A stretch of DNA of 64,000 bases from the NCBI GenBank assembly GCA_963771465.1, contig CAVYTU010000017.1, positions 384,001 to 448,000 on the forward strand, given 5' to 3'. Made by a program: the position numbers and the translations under genes. Each line of letters begins with the position of its first letter. Position 1 is the stretch's first letter. The stretch comes from an uncultured delta proteobacterium (GTDB lineage Bacteria > Desulfobacterota > Binatia > UBA9968). The notes beneath the pieces were generated by a model. It saw only the letters and a program-made list of their open reading frames with translations. It was not told the DNA's origin and searched no databases. Positions 1-8,162 of this stretch are shown one piece after another.

Positions 1-685
1 GCGCTTTCATCAAGGCGCGAACCGCGGCGCGGGCGGAATCTGGTTCATCTTTGATGCGCTTGTCGGTGGCAACCAATGCCGAAAAAGTGTAGTGACGCGC
101 CGCTGTCGGCCCGTCGCCGCGGCGCACGTCAAGCACCATGGTGCCGACACCGCGGCGGACGGCGACTTCGCAACCCATGCCGTTGGCCCAGAAGCCGTCG
201 AGTTTATCTTCCTCGAGCGCTTTGGCGGCTGACAGACCGAAAGACACATTCGGACCGGCAGCGCCGGGAATCGGCATAATTTGCACGCCGTTCTCCACCG
301 GGTCGATGCCGGCTTCGACCAGCATCCGTTGGAGACTTAGATTGACTCCGGGCGCGGCGCCGATGCGCAAACCTTTCACTAAGCTCAAATCGCCGCGTTT
401 GGGATTGAGATCGCTGCGGATGACGAGGAACCAATAGGTATGCTGGCCGCAGGCGGCGAGCAATTTCGCTCCCTGCCAATGGGGAAAAGCGAGCAGCGTC
501 GCATGCGCGGAACCGACGACAAAGTCGAGTTGTCCATCGCGCAAGGCTTCGAAGGTTTTCGGAATCGGGAACAGTAAATCCACTGAAGCATCGAAGCCTT
601 CTTCTTTGAAAAAACCCATCTCGACGGCGGCGATGATTGGGAAATACGAGTTTGAAACTAGGTCCGGTACCGCAATGCGTAGCAT
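1..685 (-). CDS. NMT1/SsuA/THI5-like substrate-binding-fold protein (3' end runs off the window)
   Basis: Absent from the ORF track. Manual translation from ATG 685: MLRIAVPDLVSNSYFPIIAAVEMGFFKEEGFDASVDLL...ALRDGQLDF...LVKGLRIGAAPG; open to base 1; no signal peptide. Confidence 0.85.
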   Translation of the reverse strand, partial: MLRIAVPDLVSNSYFPIIAAVEMGFFKEEGFDASVDLLFPIPKTFEALRDGQLDFVVGSAHATLLAFPHWQGAKLLAACGQHTYWFLVIRSDLNPKRGDLSLVKGLRIGAAPGVNLSLQRMLVEAGIDPVENGVQIMPIPGAAGPNVSFGLSAAKALEEDKLDGFWANGMGCEVAVRRGVGTMVLDVRRGDGPTAARHYTFSALVATDKRIKDEPDSARAAVRALMKA

Positions 686-716
686 GGCTTCTCCGAGATT
701 CCTTTCCGGGTTTCGC

Positions 717-754
717 AACGACTGGAACGATTTGAACGTTTGGAACTATTGGAA
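717..754 (-). repeat. 9-bp-period tandem micro-array (GTTC[AC]Annn family), 4 units
   Basis: Plus strand reads aacgactgg aacgatttg aacgtttgg aactattgg, the reverse complement of the GTTCAAnnn arrays at 8098, 9645, 21152 and 33459. Confidence 0.75.
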
Positions 755-764
755 TCTCTATCTT

Positions 765-1115
765 TTAGTCCGTCAGCGGCACGGTCATGAAGACATGGGG
801 CTCGCTGCCGAGCACGCGGGATGTGTGGCCTTCACCGGCGGTGTCGTCCGCCAGCATGACGTCGCCAGTTTTGAAGACGCGCTTGACGCCGTTGCTCGCT
901 TCGATCTCCCACGAGCCCGAGAGAGTCACTAAAAATTGGCGGCGCGGCGCGGGATGGCGCTCCAGAAAAAGTCCCGCCGGCGCGCTGCGAAAAACCGCGC
1001 TGGTGGCGCCGCGGGCGTCGGTGGTGAGCATCGGTTGGTTGCCGCCGAATTGCATGTCAACTTCTTCGAAATGAGATTTTTGATCGCTGCCGGTGTAAAG
1101 TCTAACGAATTTCAT
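765..1115 (-). CDS. Cupin-fold protein
   Basis: HPAPRRQFLVTLSG...GDVMLADDTAGEGHTS cupin motifs; GGAG upstream. Confidence 0.8.
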   Translation of the reverse strand: MKFVRLYTGSDQKSHFEEVDMQFGGNQPMLTTDARGATSAVFRSAPAGLFLERHPAPRRQFLVTLSGSWEIEASNGVKRVFKTGDVMLADDTAGEGHTSRVLGSEPHVFMTVPLTD

Positions 1116-1160
1116 TTTAGCTCCTTCGCTTTCACTGGATGATGATTTGCTGTGGCTGAA

Positions 1161-1808
1161 TTACAGCGGAATTTGCTGCTTGTCCATCGCCTGGCGCCAT
1201 TTCTTATCGGCATTGCTGCCGAAGATCAATGCTTTATCGCCGGGAACGACGATCCATGAATGCATTTTCAATTCCGCTTCGAGTTGACCCGGCGCCCAGC
1301 CGGCATAGCCCAGCATGAAGAGCGACTGGCGCGGGCCTTTGCCGGCCGCGATCGCTTCGATCATTTTCGCGTCGGCCGTCATGGCGACACCGTTAGCCAC
1401 CTTGGCGCTATTCTCCAACAACGTTTCGTCCGAATGGAGAACAAATCCTTGGCGCGCACCCACCGGGCCGCCATAGTGAATGATAATCTCGCGCTTGGAG
1501 CTTTTTCCTTCCAGACCGAATCCCTTGAGCAACTCTTCGATCGGTCCTGTGGCCATGGGCTTATTGATCACGAGACCCATGGCGCCGGTGGAATCATGCT
1601 TGACCATATAGATGACGCTTTCGGCGAAACGCGGATCTTTCATCTCCGCCGTAGCGACTAATAATTGTCCGATATGGTAACGTCTGCCTTCGGCGGCGCG
1701 GCTATCATGGCCGCCGGTAAGCGCGCCAAAAAGTAGCCAGAGAATCGCAATTCTCAAGGCCGTGAAACGAGACGGCGGTCGACTGTAGCCACGATCGTTA
1801 TTCGCCAT
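1161..1808 (-). CDS. YqgE/AlgH (DUF179) family protein with N-terminal signal-like segment
   Basis: LLVAT..MKDPRFAESVIY, GAMGLVINKP, YGGPV, LGYAGWAPGQLEAEL motifs. Confidence 0.9.
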   Translation of the reverse strand: MANNDRGYSRPPSRFTALRIAILWLLFGALTGGHDSRAAEGRRYHIGQLLVATAEMKDPRFAESVIYMVKHDSTGAMGLVINKPMATGPIEELLKGFGLEGKSSKREIIIHYGGPVGARQGFVLHSDETLLENSAKVANGVAMTADAKMIEAIAAGKGPRQSLFMLGYAGWAPGQLEAELKMHSWIVVPGDKALIFGSNADKKWRQAMDKQQIPL

Positions 1809-1813
1809 GAAGG

Positions 1814-2245
1814 CTAACCACGCACCTTTGGGCCGAAGCTTTCGATGGTGATGCGAATGATCACGCGCTTTTCGCGCGCCATGCGTTCATGAAATTCCGG
1901 CCAGCTTTTATGTTCGCCGTAGGCTTGCCGTTGCAAGTAGACGAGGGTGTCCAGCGCTTGAGGCAGCGAAATGATATTCGCCGTGCCGTTCACCTGCACC
2001 CAGCCTTCGCCGTGAAAGGTTTTGGCGAATGCGCACAGCGCGGCGCGCGGGTCGCGGCGTAAGTTATTTACCTTGTAGGCGGTCTCCCGGCTGCTGATGA
2101 CGGCGCGCCCTTCGCTGTCCAATCCGCACGTAACCGGCGACATTTGCAAGTCGCCGTTCTTGCGCCGCGTCGCGAGCACGCCATAATGATGGTTCTCGAT
2201 AAACGCTTTGGCTCGGTCGAGCTCCATGGGGGTGAATTCAGCCAT
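1814..2245 (-). CDS. PPOX-class (F420-dependent-like) split-barrel oxidoreductase
   Basis: GVLATRRKNGDLQMSPV, KVNNLRRDPR, EKRVIIRITIE. Confidence 0.85.
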   Translation of the reverse strand: MAEFTPMELDRAKAFIENHHYGVLATRRKNGDLQMSPVTCGLDSEGRAVISSRETAYKVNNLRRDPRAALCAFAKTFHGEGWVQVNGTANIISLPQALDTLVYLQRQAYGEHKSWPEFHERMAREKRVIIRITIESFGPKVRG

Positions 2246-2394
2246 TTTTCAATTTCCTCTTGGTTGATCGTGCGATTCAAACGGGTGCACGACAAAGTAG
2301 AATATCACAGCGATGGAATGCAAGCTGAGCGCCGAGTTGTCTTGACCGTTTCAGCAGGTTACCTTATAACCGAACTTTAGCGAGGGAAGAAAAC

Positions 2395-3084
2395 GTGGCG
2401 ATGACGATTCCACAGATGAATTTGCCGGATGTCTTGCCGGTGTTTCCGTTGACAGGCGTGATGCTTTTACCGGGGACGGTATTGCCGCTGCATATTTTCG
2501 AGCCGCGCTACCGCAACATGGTCGAAGACGCGCTCGACGGCGACAAAGTTTTCGGCATGATCCAGCCCTTTGCGCCGCAAAACGATAACCGCGGCCCGCA
2601 GCCGGACGCGGCCAACGCGGCGCCGGATTTATACAAAGTCGGCTGCGCCGGTTTGATTGAGAAATCCGAAAAGCTCGCCGACGGCCGTTTTTTCGTTCAA
2701 CTTAGAGGCGTGAACCGGTTTCGTTTTACCGAAGAGTTTTCTTTGCAGCGTGGCTACCGGCGGGTTAAAGCGATTTATCAGGAATTTCCCGATGCCAATC
2801 TAGCCGAAGGCTGGCAGTGCGAGCGGGCTGCGGTGCTGGAGGCATTGTCGCTCTTTGGCAAAGCGCACGGTATGCAAGTGCGGCCCGATCAGGCCGAGCG
2901 ATTCTCGGATCTAGAGCTGATCAATCTCCTCGGCGTTTCGCTGCCGTTTCATCCGGCGGAAAAGCAGGCGCTGTTGGAAGCACCGACGCTCAAAGACCGG
3001 GAAACGATGCTCATCGACTTACTCCGCCTCGGCGCCGGCCCGGTCGACGAAGATATCCAAAGCACGCCACGAACGCTCAACTAA
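2395..3084 (+). CDS. Lon peptidase substrate-binding (N-terminal) domain protein
   Basis: LPVFPLTGVMLLPGTVLPLHIFEPRYRNMV; AEKQALLEA; no AAA or protease domain. Confidence 0.9.
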   Translation: MAMTIPQMNLPDVLPVFPLTGVMLLPGTVLPLHIFEPRYRNMVEDALDGDKVFGMIQPFAPQNDNRGPQPDAANAAPDLYKVGCAGLIEKSEKLADGRFFVQLRGVNRFRFTEEFSLQRGYRRVKAIYQEFPDANLAEGWQCERAAVLEALSLFGKAHGMQVRPDQAERFSDLELINLLGVSLPFHPAEKQALLEAPTLKDRETMLIDLLRLGAGPVDEDIQSTPRTLN

Positions 3085-3182
3085 TTCACTGATCGTTAGG
3101 GACGATAAGTCGTAAAGAGCCAGAAGTCAGAAATCAGCGGGAACTCCTGACTGCTAACATTTCGTTCCTCACTGCTTCATCC

Positions 3183-3992
3183 TCACTCAGAAATATCGAT
3201 CATCACGCCGTCTGGGTCGGCGATGAAGTGTTGGCCTAGACAACAGCGGCGAAAGTCTTCTTCGTTCTTCTTGCCGTTGCCGCCGACGAAACGTCCGCTC
3301 GGTGTCTGCGGATCGCTTGCCGCCAATGCGTCCAAATCTTTTTTGGTTTGCTCCAGGTTATCGACTTTGAAACCGAAGTGATCGAGGCCCTCGCGCAGGC
3401 CGCGGTAGAGGCTATTGTCGCGTGGGCGGAGCAGCAGTTTTACTTTGCCGTCGGTCATACAGATCGAGCCGTCGTCGCGGTAAGTTTCGGCTTCCTTGAG
3501 CTCGAAGATCTTCTCGTAGAACTCGGCGACCTGCGACGGGTCATGGGCACGCAGGGAAATGTGATTGATCCAGCGCGGCTGCTCCCATCCCGATTGATTA
3601 TAACCTTCGCGCACGTTGGCGACGTGGGCTTGAGCGATGTCGAACTGCGTGCCGGCCGGATCGTAGCTGCGTAATCCTGCGAACGGAACGTATTCCAACC
3701 CCTTGGCGATCATCGTTTTCGGATAATGCTGCTCCATGCGTCGGACATATTCCTTGATATCTTCGACCTCGAAGCCGTAGTGATCCATGCCCGATTGCAT
3801 GCCGGCGTAGCGCGACAAGATTGCCAGACCGATGACGCCGTCGCTGATGTGGCCGCGATTGGTGTTCTGCTTGCCCGATTCGTCGAGGGTGTTGCTGGTC
3901 ATGCGTTTCATGGCGAAAACCGATTGATAAAACTTATCGACCGCGGCGTGATTGTGGGTGTACATGGCGATATGGCGAATCTTGGCGAACAT
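3183..3992 (-). CDS. VOC/glyoxalase family protein (two modules)
   Basis: KIRHIAM...GMDHYGFEVEDI and INHISLR...GLDHFGFKVDNL, DPDGVMIDISE; start moved to ATG 3992 (GGAGG upstream). Confidence 0.85.
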   Translation of the reverse strand: MFAKIRHIAMYTHNHAAVDKFYQSVFAMKRMTSNTLDESGKQNTNRGHISDGVIGLAILSRYAGMQSGMDHYGFEVEDIKEYVRRMEQHYPKTMIAKGLEYVPFAGLRSYDPAGTQFDIAQAHVANVREGYNQSGWEQPRWINHISLRAHDPSQVAEFYEKIFELKEAETYRDDGSICMTDGKVKLLLRPRDNSLYRGLREGLDHFGFKVDNLEQTKKDLDALAASDPQTPSGRFVGGNGKKNEEDFRRCCLGQHFIADPDGVMIDISE

Positions 3993-4110
3993 GATTTTCC
4001 TCCGACCGAATAAGCTGATTTGGTTGTAAGGTAGCGCCTGCAAGCTTGTCAAGCGTGCTTGATTACGAAACTTTGCGCGCCGATGCGAATTTCCCCGCGC
4101 AACGCGCAGA

Positions 4111-4923
4111 CTACAAATGGGCAGCTAGAAACTGGCCAATGATTTCATGCGCCGCGTCGGGGTTAGTCATCAAATAGTTGTGCGCTTCGTTTGGGATAAC
4201 GGTGAACCGGCCGTTCGGCAATTCCTGCGCCATCGTTTGTGACGAAACGCGATGCGACGAGCCCGTCGCCGAGCCGTGATCTTGGTCGCCGACGAGGACG
4301 AGCGTCGGATGCTTGATTTCCTTGATTCGGCTGCTCAAGTCGCAGGCCTGTCTGGCGACGACGTGGCGCAGATAATCTTCGAGAGTCGGTAGGTTGTTCA
4401 TGCGGAGCGTCAGAAAATGCTCCACGCGCTCCGCGTGCTGCTGTATGTATTCCCGGGTCCAGCCGACTTCGAGGGTGTGTTCGCGGACATACTTCTCGTA
4501 GCCCCATTCGACCATCTCTTTGCACATCTTGAACGGTATCGGCGGCGCGTTCGGAACACCGGGACCGACGGATGCTACGATAAGTTTTTTGACCTTCTCC
4601 GGATATTTAAGCGCGATCAGCATCGCCACCCGACCGCCCATCGAGTGGCCGAGCAAGATCGCCGGCGCGACGTTCAATTGATCGAGGATCGCCGCGGCGT
4701 CGTCGGCAAAGTCTTCGCACGAGTATTGGGTCGTCGGTTTGCTGGACCTGCCGGTGCCGCGATAGTCATGCGTGATAACCATGTGGTCGCGAGAAAACTT
4801 CGGAACTTGATAACTGTACCAGATATTGCCAGGGCAAGCCGTTTCACAAAAGAACATGAATGGCGTTCCGGCGCCGTGGGTTTCATAGTGGATTTCAACG
4901 TCATTGCGTTTGATTAAAGGCAT
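4111..4923 (-). CDS. Alpha/beta hydrolase
   Basis: DYRGTGRS, GHSMGG nucleophile elbow, PTLVLVGDQD, C-terminal His (EAHN). Confidence 0.9.
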   Translation of the reverse strand: MPLIKRNDVEIHYETHGAGTPFMFFCETACPGNIWYSYQVPKFSRDHMVITHDYRGTGRSSKPTTQYSCEDFADDAAAILDQLNVAPAILLGHSMGGRVAMLIALKYPEKVKKLIVASVGPGVPNAPPIPFKMCKEMVEWGYEKYVREHTLEVGWTREYIQQHAERVEHFLTLRMNNLPTLEDYLRHVVARQACDLSSRIKEIKHPTLVLVGDQDHGSATGSSHRVSSQTMAQELPNGRFTVIPNEAHNYLMTNPDAAHEIIGQFLAAHL

Positions 4924-4952
4924 GAGACTTCACGGGCGGGGTTCAATGAATT

Positions 4953-7283
4953 CTACGCGTTTGTCCGCAATGAACGCAGTACTTTTTCCGCCGTGATCGG
5001 CAACTCGCGGATGCGCACGCCGATGGCGTCGTTGACGGCGTTGGCGATGGCCGCGGCTACGGGCACGAGGGGCGGTTCGCCGAGCGCTTTGGCGCCGTAG
5101 GGGCCGATGGGGTCGGGCTGCTCGATCAAGACCGCTTCGATGGGCGGGATGTCGATCAGGTTGGGAATCTTGAACGAGTCGAGATTGAGCGTGAGCGGCG
5201 CGCCGGTGTCTGGGTCCATGGGGATTTCTTCCATCAGCGCGTAGCCGATGCCTTGGACGACTCCGCCGATGATCTGGCCGCGCGCGGCTTCGGGATGGAT
5301 GATGCGGCCGGAGTCGTGCACGGCGACATAGCGCACGACGCGCACGCTGCCGCTGTCGGGGTCGACTTCGACCTCGGCGAAATGAGCGGCGAAAGAATTG
5401 ATGATATGGGTTTTGCTGCCGGCGCGCAGTATGGCTTCGCCGACGATGGTTTGATCGGGTTGGCGCCGAATGACGTGACTCACGGGAATTTTTAGCTCCG
5501 GTGTGTCGGTGACGGAAATAAATTCATCGCGCCAGACCAACTTGGCCGGCTCGACTTCGAGCAGTTTGGCGGCTGATTCAAACAAGCGCCGTTTGGCGTC
5601 GTCAGCGGCTTGCTGCGCGGCGAGTCCCGACGTGAATGTCGTCGTGCTGCCGGAGGTGCTGTGCGCGAACGGCGTCGTTTCGGTGTCAGCAAAGGTTGCA
5701 TGAACCTTTTCGAACTCTACGCCGAGTGTTTCGGCGGCGATCTGTCTCAATATCGTCCATGCACCCTGGCCGATCTCGGTGATGCTCATGAGTAATTCGG
5801 CGCTGCCGTCGGGTTTCAATTTGACGAGGGCGGAAGATTGGGATTGCCCCGTTTTGTAAATGCACGCGGCCAAACCCATGCCGCGATATTTACCATTGAC
5901 CCTGCGTTTGCGCGGACCGTTGGAGCGCGGTTTCCAGCCGATTCGCTTTGCGCCTTCACGCAGACATTCCGTTAAGAGATTGCTGGAGAAGGGGACGCCG
6001 CCTTCGATCGGTTGTGCCGGAATCAGACTGTCGACTGGCGTGACGCGCGCGCCGGGCTGACCTTCGGAACGCACACAATGGCGCAGGCGATATTCCAACG
6101 GGTCGATGCCGAGTTTTTCAGCGACTTCATCGGCAAATGACTCCAGCGCAAAATGCGCCTGGGGCGCGCCGAGGCCGCGGTAGGAACCGGCGACGGGACT
6201 GTTGGTGAATGCGACTTTGCCGACGAAACGTGCGTTGGGACAGCGGTAAAGATAAGTCAGGCCGTGGCCCAAGCGCGAAGCGACGCCGTAGCCCGGCGCG
6301 TACGGTCCAGTGTTGAGCGCGCTCGTGGTGTCGATGGCGGTGACCGTGCCGTCGCGTTTGAGTCCCATTTTGATTCGTGTCGTAGTCGCATGGCGCCATT
6401 TGCCGTAACCCAGCTCTTCTTCGCGCGTGTAACCCATGCGCACGGGCTTGCCCGCTTTACGCGCGAGCAGCGCGGTGATCAATCCCAAACGAGTCTCGTC
6501 TTTGCTGCCGAAACCGCCGCCAAGATACGCCGCGATGACGCGCACGCGTTCGTGCGGTAGCGAGAATATCCTGGCGAGTTTATCGCGGTCGCCGTATACA
6601 TTGCGGCTGGCTTTCCAGACTGTGAGTCCATCGCCGTCCCAAGACGCGACGCTATAACGCGGTTCGAGCGCCAGCGGGCTGGTGGATTGGGTGCGATAGG
6701 TTTGCTCGAGGATCAGCTCCGCTTGCTTCATACCGAGATCGATATCGCCGCGGGAAAACTCGATGGGTTCTTTGCCGGCGAGATTGCCACCGCCACGGAC
6801 CGACGGCGCATCGGGTTCGAGCGCGCGCTCTTCGTTCAATACGAACGGCAAGGAGCGATACTCAACTTGAATCAAGCCGAGCGCTTCTTCGGCGATCTCT
6901 TCCGTGTCGGCCGCTACCGCCGCCACTTCGTCGCCGACATGGCGTAAAGTTTTATTGAGAAGATAAACCGGAGCCACCGGTGCGTCAGGTTGGGAATCGT
7001 CACCGTCTTCGAACGGGATCGCCGGCGCGTCGCGATACGTGATCACCGCGTGGACGCCGGGCAAAGTCTCGGCTTTCGACGTATCGATGCTGATTATCTC
7101 CGCATGGGCATGGGGACTGCGCAGGGTTTTGCCATGCAGTAGATTCTTTGCCGACAGGCGGTCGGCGGAAAATTCCGCCGCGCCGCTAATCTTTGCGTGT
7201 GCGTCGACACGGGTTACTGAGTGGCCAACGATGCGCAGGGTGGACGGTGTTTGATCGGTGTTTTTGGGCATCTTGATGTGCAT
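4953..7283 (-). CDS. Xanthine dehydrogenase family molybdopterin-binding large subunit
   Basis: LRSPHAHA, GGGFGSK, YRGLGAPQ, GQIIGGVVQGIGYAL, KALGEPP; start may be ATG 7271. Confidence 0.92.
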   Translation of the reverse strand: MHIKMPKNTDQTPSTLRIVGHSVTRVDAHAKISGAAEFSADRLSAKNLLHGKTLRSPHAHAEIISIDTSKAETLPGVHAVITYRDAPAIPFEDGDDSQPDAPVAPVYLLNKTLRHVGDEVAAVAADTEEIAEEALGLIQVEYRSLPFVLNEERALEPDAPSVRGGGNLAGKEPIEFSRGDIDLGMKQAELILEQTYRTQSTSPLALEPRYSVASWDGDGLTVWKASRNVYGDRDKLARIFSLPHERVRVIAAYLGGGFGSKDETRLGLITALLARKAGKPVRMGYTREEELGYGKWRHATTTRIKMGLKRDGTVTAIDTTSALNTGPYAPGYGVASRLGHGLTYLYRCPNARFVGKVAFTNSPVAGSYRGLGAPQAHFALESFADEVAEKLGIDPLEYRLRHCVRSEGQPGARVTPVDSLIPAQPIEGGVPFSSNLLTECLREGAKRIGWKPRSNGPRKRRVNGKYRGMGLAACIYKTGQSQSSALVKLKPDGSAELLMSITEIGQGAWTILRQIAAETLGVEFEKVHATFADTETTPFAHSTSGSTTTFTSGLAAQQAADDAKRRLFESAAKLLEVEPAKLVWRDEFISVTDTPELKIPVSHVIRRQPDQTIVGEAILRAGSKTHIINSFAAHFAEVEVDPDSGSVRVVRYVAVHDSGRIIHPEAARGQIIGGVVQGIGYALMEEIPMDPDTGAPLTLNLDSFKIPNLIDIPPIEAVLIEQPDPIGPYGAKALGEPPLVPVAAAIANAVNDAIGVRIRELPITAEKVLRSLRTNA

Positions 7284-7429
7284 AAGCCTGGGATTTGTTT
7301 CCTTGGATAGCAGAGCGGCGGTTGGACGACAAGCAGATCAATAGGGTCGAATGGCAAATCTATCACCGGACATTGACATTCTCACGAACAAAATGGATGT
7401 TGGCGAGGAAAATAGTTCTGCGGGGAATC

Positions 7430-8077
7430 ATGTCGGTGCAACGCACGCAAATCATCATCGTTCGCCACGGTCAGACCGAGTGGAATATTCGAGGCATTCG
7501 ACAGGGTTATCTCGATAGCCGCTTGACCGAGCGAGGCGTCGCCCAGGCGAAGGCGCTCGGGCAGCGTTTGGCGCGGGAAAAATTCACGGCGCTCTATAGC
7601 AGCGATCTTGGCCGGGCGGTGCAAACCGCGCAAGAGATCGCCAACGTCACGGGGCATGCGATTATTACCGACGAGCGATTGCGTGAGCGCCATCTCGGCA
7701 TCTTTCAGGGGCTTAACGGCGAAGAGATTATTTCCAAGTATCCCGAGGAGCGCAAACAGATGCGCACCCAAGGGCCCAGTTATGTGATCCCCGGCGGCGA
7801 AAGCATGGTCCAGCAGGTGGCGCGCAACATCGGATGCTTGAATGAATTGGCCGCGAAACATCAGGGCGAGCAGATCGTCGTCGTGACCCACGGCGGCGTC
7901 GTCAGTGGATTCTTTCGCCACACACTGGAGATTTCTCTCGAAGCGCCGCGCCGCTTCGAGTTCGTCAACGCGGGGATAAATGTATTCGTCCATGAGGACG
8001 GTAACTGGATGCTTCTGACCTGGGGCGATGTGAGCCATCTCGCGCCGGGAGCGGCGAGTGAAGGGGATGATCCCTAG
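7430..8077 (+). CDS. Histidine phosphatase family protein
   Basis: IIVRHGQTEWN, YSSDLGRA, LRERHLG, VVTHGG; start moved to ATG 7430. Confidence 0.9.
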   Translation: MSVQRTQIIIVRHGQTEWNIRGIRQGYLDSRLTERGVAQAKALGQRLAREKFTALYSSDLGRAVQTAQEIANVTGHAIITDERLRERHLGIFQGLNGEEIISKYPEERKQMRTQGPSYVIPGGESMVQQVARNIGCLNELAAKHQGEQIVVVTHGGVVSGFFRHTLEISLEAPRRFEFVNAGINVFVHEDGNWMLLTWGDVSHLAPGAASEGDDP

Positions 8078-8097
8078 CCGGCCGCTTTGCGGCGGCG

Positions 8098-8142
8098 GTT
8101 CAAGCCGTTCAAACAGTTCAAAACGTTCAAGCCGTTGAAGTC
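8098..8142 (+). repeat. 9-bp-period tandem micro-array, 5 units
   Basis: gttcaagcc gttcaaaca gttcaaaac gttcaagcc gttgaagtc. Confidence 0.85.
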
Positions 8143-8162
8143 AGAAGTCAGAATCTCTCCTT

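Noticed and set aside
8098-8142. 9-mer arrays as CRISPR repeats
   Set aside because: Units are 9 bp with 3-nt variable parts; no 25-45 bp repeats with spacers and no cas genes.
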